A DNA stretch of 52,332 nucleotides from Peribolospora baueri. Lineage: Eukaryota. A program made the translations under genes and the position numbers. The stretch lies in assembly GCA_029717555.1 (NCBI GenBank), contig JAMDHS010000046.1, positions 124,001 through 176,332 on the forward strand, written 5' to 3'. Positions 50,561 to 52,332 of the stretch are shown one piece after another. Every line of letters begins with the position of its first letter. The first letter of the stretch is position 1. Under the pieces are notes generated by a model. The model had not been told where the DNA came from, did not search any database, and saw only the letters and a program-made list of their open reading frames with translations.

Positions 50561-52177
50561 ATGTCGGTCGCCATCTCGCTCCGAGGACGCGCTGCTTGCC
50601 TTTCGCGGCCGTCTGGTCGGCCATGGCTCGCAAGCATGCTCCTCGCCCTCCTCGCCGCGGCGGCCGTCTCGTCGCTCCCCGCTCTCGCCGCCGATTCGAG
50701 CGCGGGGCACGGTACGACGACGATGAGTCCGGACGCATCAACGACGGGAACGAGGACATCTTCATCGTCGGCACAGACACCGCCGCCCACTCTGACCCAC
50801 GTCCGCGATCCTCCCGTCTCGCCCTCGTCCTCCACCACGCGCCCGCCGTATCCATTCTATAATGACCGCCACGAACAACCTACTTCTCCGAACCCTCTCG
50901 CATGGCCTGCGGCGGCACTCGGATTAGGAACCGAGTCGGACGAGCTGGTCGTCTGTTTCGTCCTGCGTGCGGAGGACGTGCGTAGCACCAGGCTAGGAAT
51001 TGGGCCTGCTGCGAGCCTGGCCGACGATGCGCCGGCCCAGCAGAGCGGCGGCGGATGGGCCGACTCGACGACGGAGGAGGATCGCAGAAGGAGGACGACG
51101 ATCAGCATCACACCACATGCCACTTTGGGTTGGAGCGTCGCTTCCGACTTGTCTTCTGCCCTAAGTGCATCGAGCCACACCATTTCATTCCCTACCGGCG
51201 TCCCATCAGACGGTGCCGACTCAAGGGCAAACCTGTACGAAGCGTCACAGACAGCCGCAGCTTCCCCTGACGCTCGCTCTCCGCCTTTAGAGCACCGGGA
51301 AGGAGATGCTTTGAGAGTCGTTGCAGAGGGGCCGGTGGACGCGGACGCGGACGCCGCATTCCTTTCGTTTCAAGAGTGGAAAGAGCGCAAGATGGCCGAA
51401 GAAGCGGCCAAAACGTCTCACTCGCCCGTGGGCCAGGCTCGGTCCCACGGGACGGCGCAACGCAAGGACGGAGAGGGAGATGGCCGAACCGGGTCTGGGA
51501 CGGAGCGTCAAGACGCCCAGCAGGAAGGCGGGAGAGGGGCTGGTGTCGGCTCAAACGAGCCTGGAGGTGACAAGTCAGGCATCGATGGCTTGCGACCGGA
51601 AGAGGTGGGATCGAAGCCCGGACTCGAAGGGCGGGCGACGGGCGATGGTGTAGCGCACGAGTCGGTCCCGTACACCACCAACTCCGACGACGCGTCGGAC
51701 ACCCTACCTTCTCCGGCTCCTGGCTCTGAGCCTCATCTGCCTCCTTCCGAGGGGTTGTCCGTCTCGCAAGAGACAGTTCCGGTCCCGCAGAAACTGCACC
51801 ACCCGAGTCTGCACCGCACGGTGGCGGACCTGAAAGACCGCTGGAACTTTGCCTCTGACGATTGTGCTGCGGTCGTGCATCGGAGCAACCCGTCAGCGAA
51901 ATTCACGTCCTCGATTCTCTCTGAGAAGAAGGATCGGTATATGCTCTCACCCTGCCCTGAACCCGCGACGCCTCAGAATCCACACCCGGAGAAACAATTC
52001 GTGATAGTAGAGCTGTGCGACGACATCACCATCGACACCATCGTCCTTGCTAACTACGAGTTCTTTTCGAGGATGTTCAAAAGGTTTAGGGTCTCTGCTA
52101 GCGCTACGTATCCCGGGAGGAAGGATGATTGGAAGGATTTGGGGACTTTTAGAGCCAGGAATCAAAGAGGAATACAG
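50561..52177 (+). CDS. SLP1: Mid-SUN domain ER protein (Slp1/SUCO family), first exon; gene continues past the window
   Basis: Signal-peptide-like LLALLAAAAVSSLPALA (alternative ATG 50636), FLSFQEWK, RWNFASDDCAAVV, ILSEKKDRYMLSPC, FVIVELCDDITIDTIVLANYEFFS; donor GTATGC at 52178. Confidence 0.88.
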
Positions 52178-52275
52178 GTATGCGATTGATTTTTCTTTTT
52201 AGTCGTGTTGACCTAAGACTTCATTTCAAGCTGATCGATCGCATCGATTGGTGGTCGCCCTCCGTTCCGTCTGTC

Positions 52276-52276
<1 letters not shown>

Positions 52277-52328
<52 letters not shown>

Positions 52329-52332
52329 CTTT
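52277..52332 (+). repeat. Poly-T homopolymer at the window end (in an SLP1 intron; possible contig break)
   Basis: A run of more than 50 T is visible directly. Confidence 0.9.

Noticed and set aside
1..52332. CRISPR arrays, tRNA or rRNA genes, prokaryotic operons
   Set aside because: Eukaryotic intron-containing DNA; the repeats are microsatellites without spacers, and no cloverleaf or rRNA signature was seen by eye.

Overview
Intron-rich, gene-dense fungal genomic DNA, very likely basidiomycete (GT-AG introns of about 60-200 nt; basidiomycete-like protein sequences). Left to right: RQC1/TCF25 (runs off the left edge), a U4 snRNA gene that the ORF track cannot show, a D-2-hydroxyacid dehydrogenase with a ~215-aa insertion, ~5.7 kb of microsatellite-rich non-coding DNA, a class I (Schiff-base) fructose-bisphosphate aldolase, an NBR1-like autophagy receptor (3 ZZ + FW + AIM) that appears to carry an embedded BET-type ET domain, CTR9, RPB3 and NAR1. 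Next is a decayed island (3' fragment of GGC1, Ty3/gypsy gag remnant, PIN4-like pseudogene, ~2.5 kb unexplained lower-GC DNA). After it come a 1412-bp tandem duplication of SEC11, ALG14, QRI7, a membrane-anchored M24 peptidase, MSH4, RPC19, HEM25/SLC25A38 and a partial SLP1-type mid-SUN gene ending in poly-T. All calls come from motif recognition and manual splicing by eye; no database searches were run.
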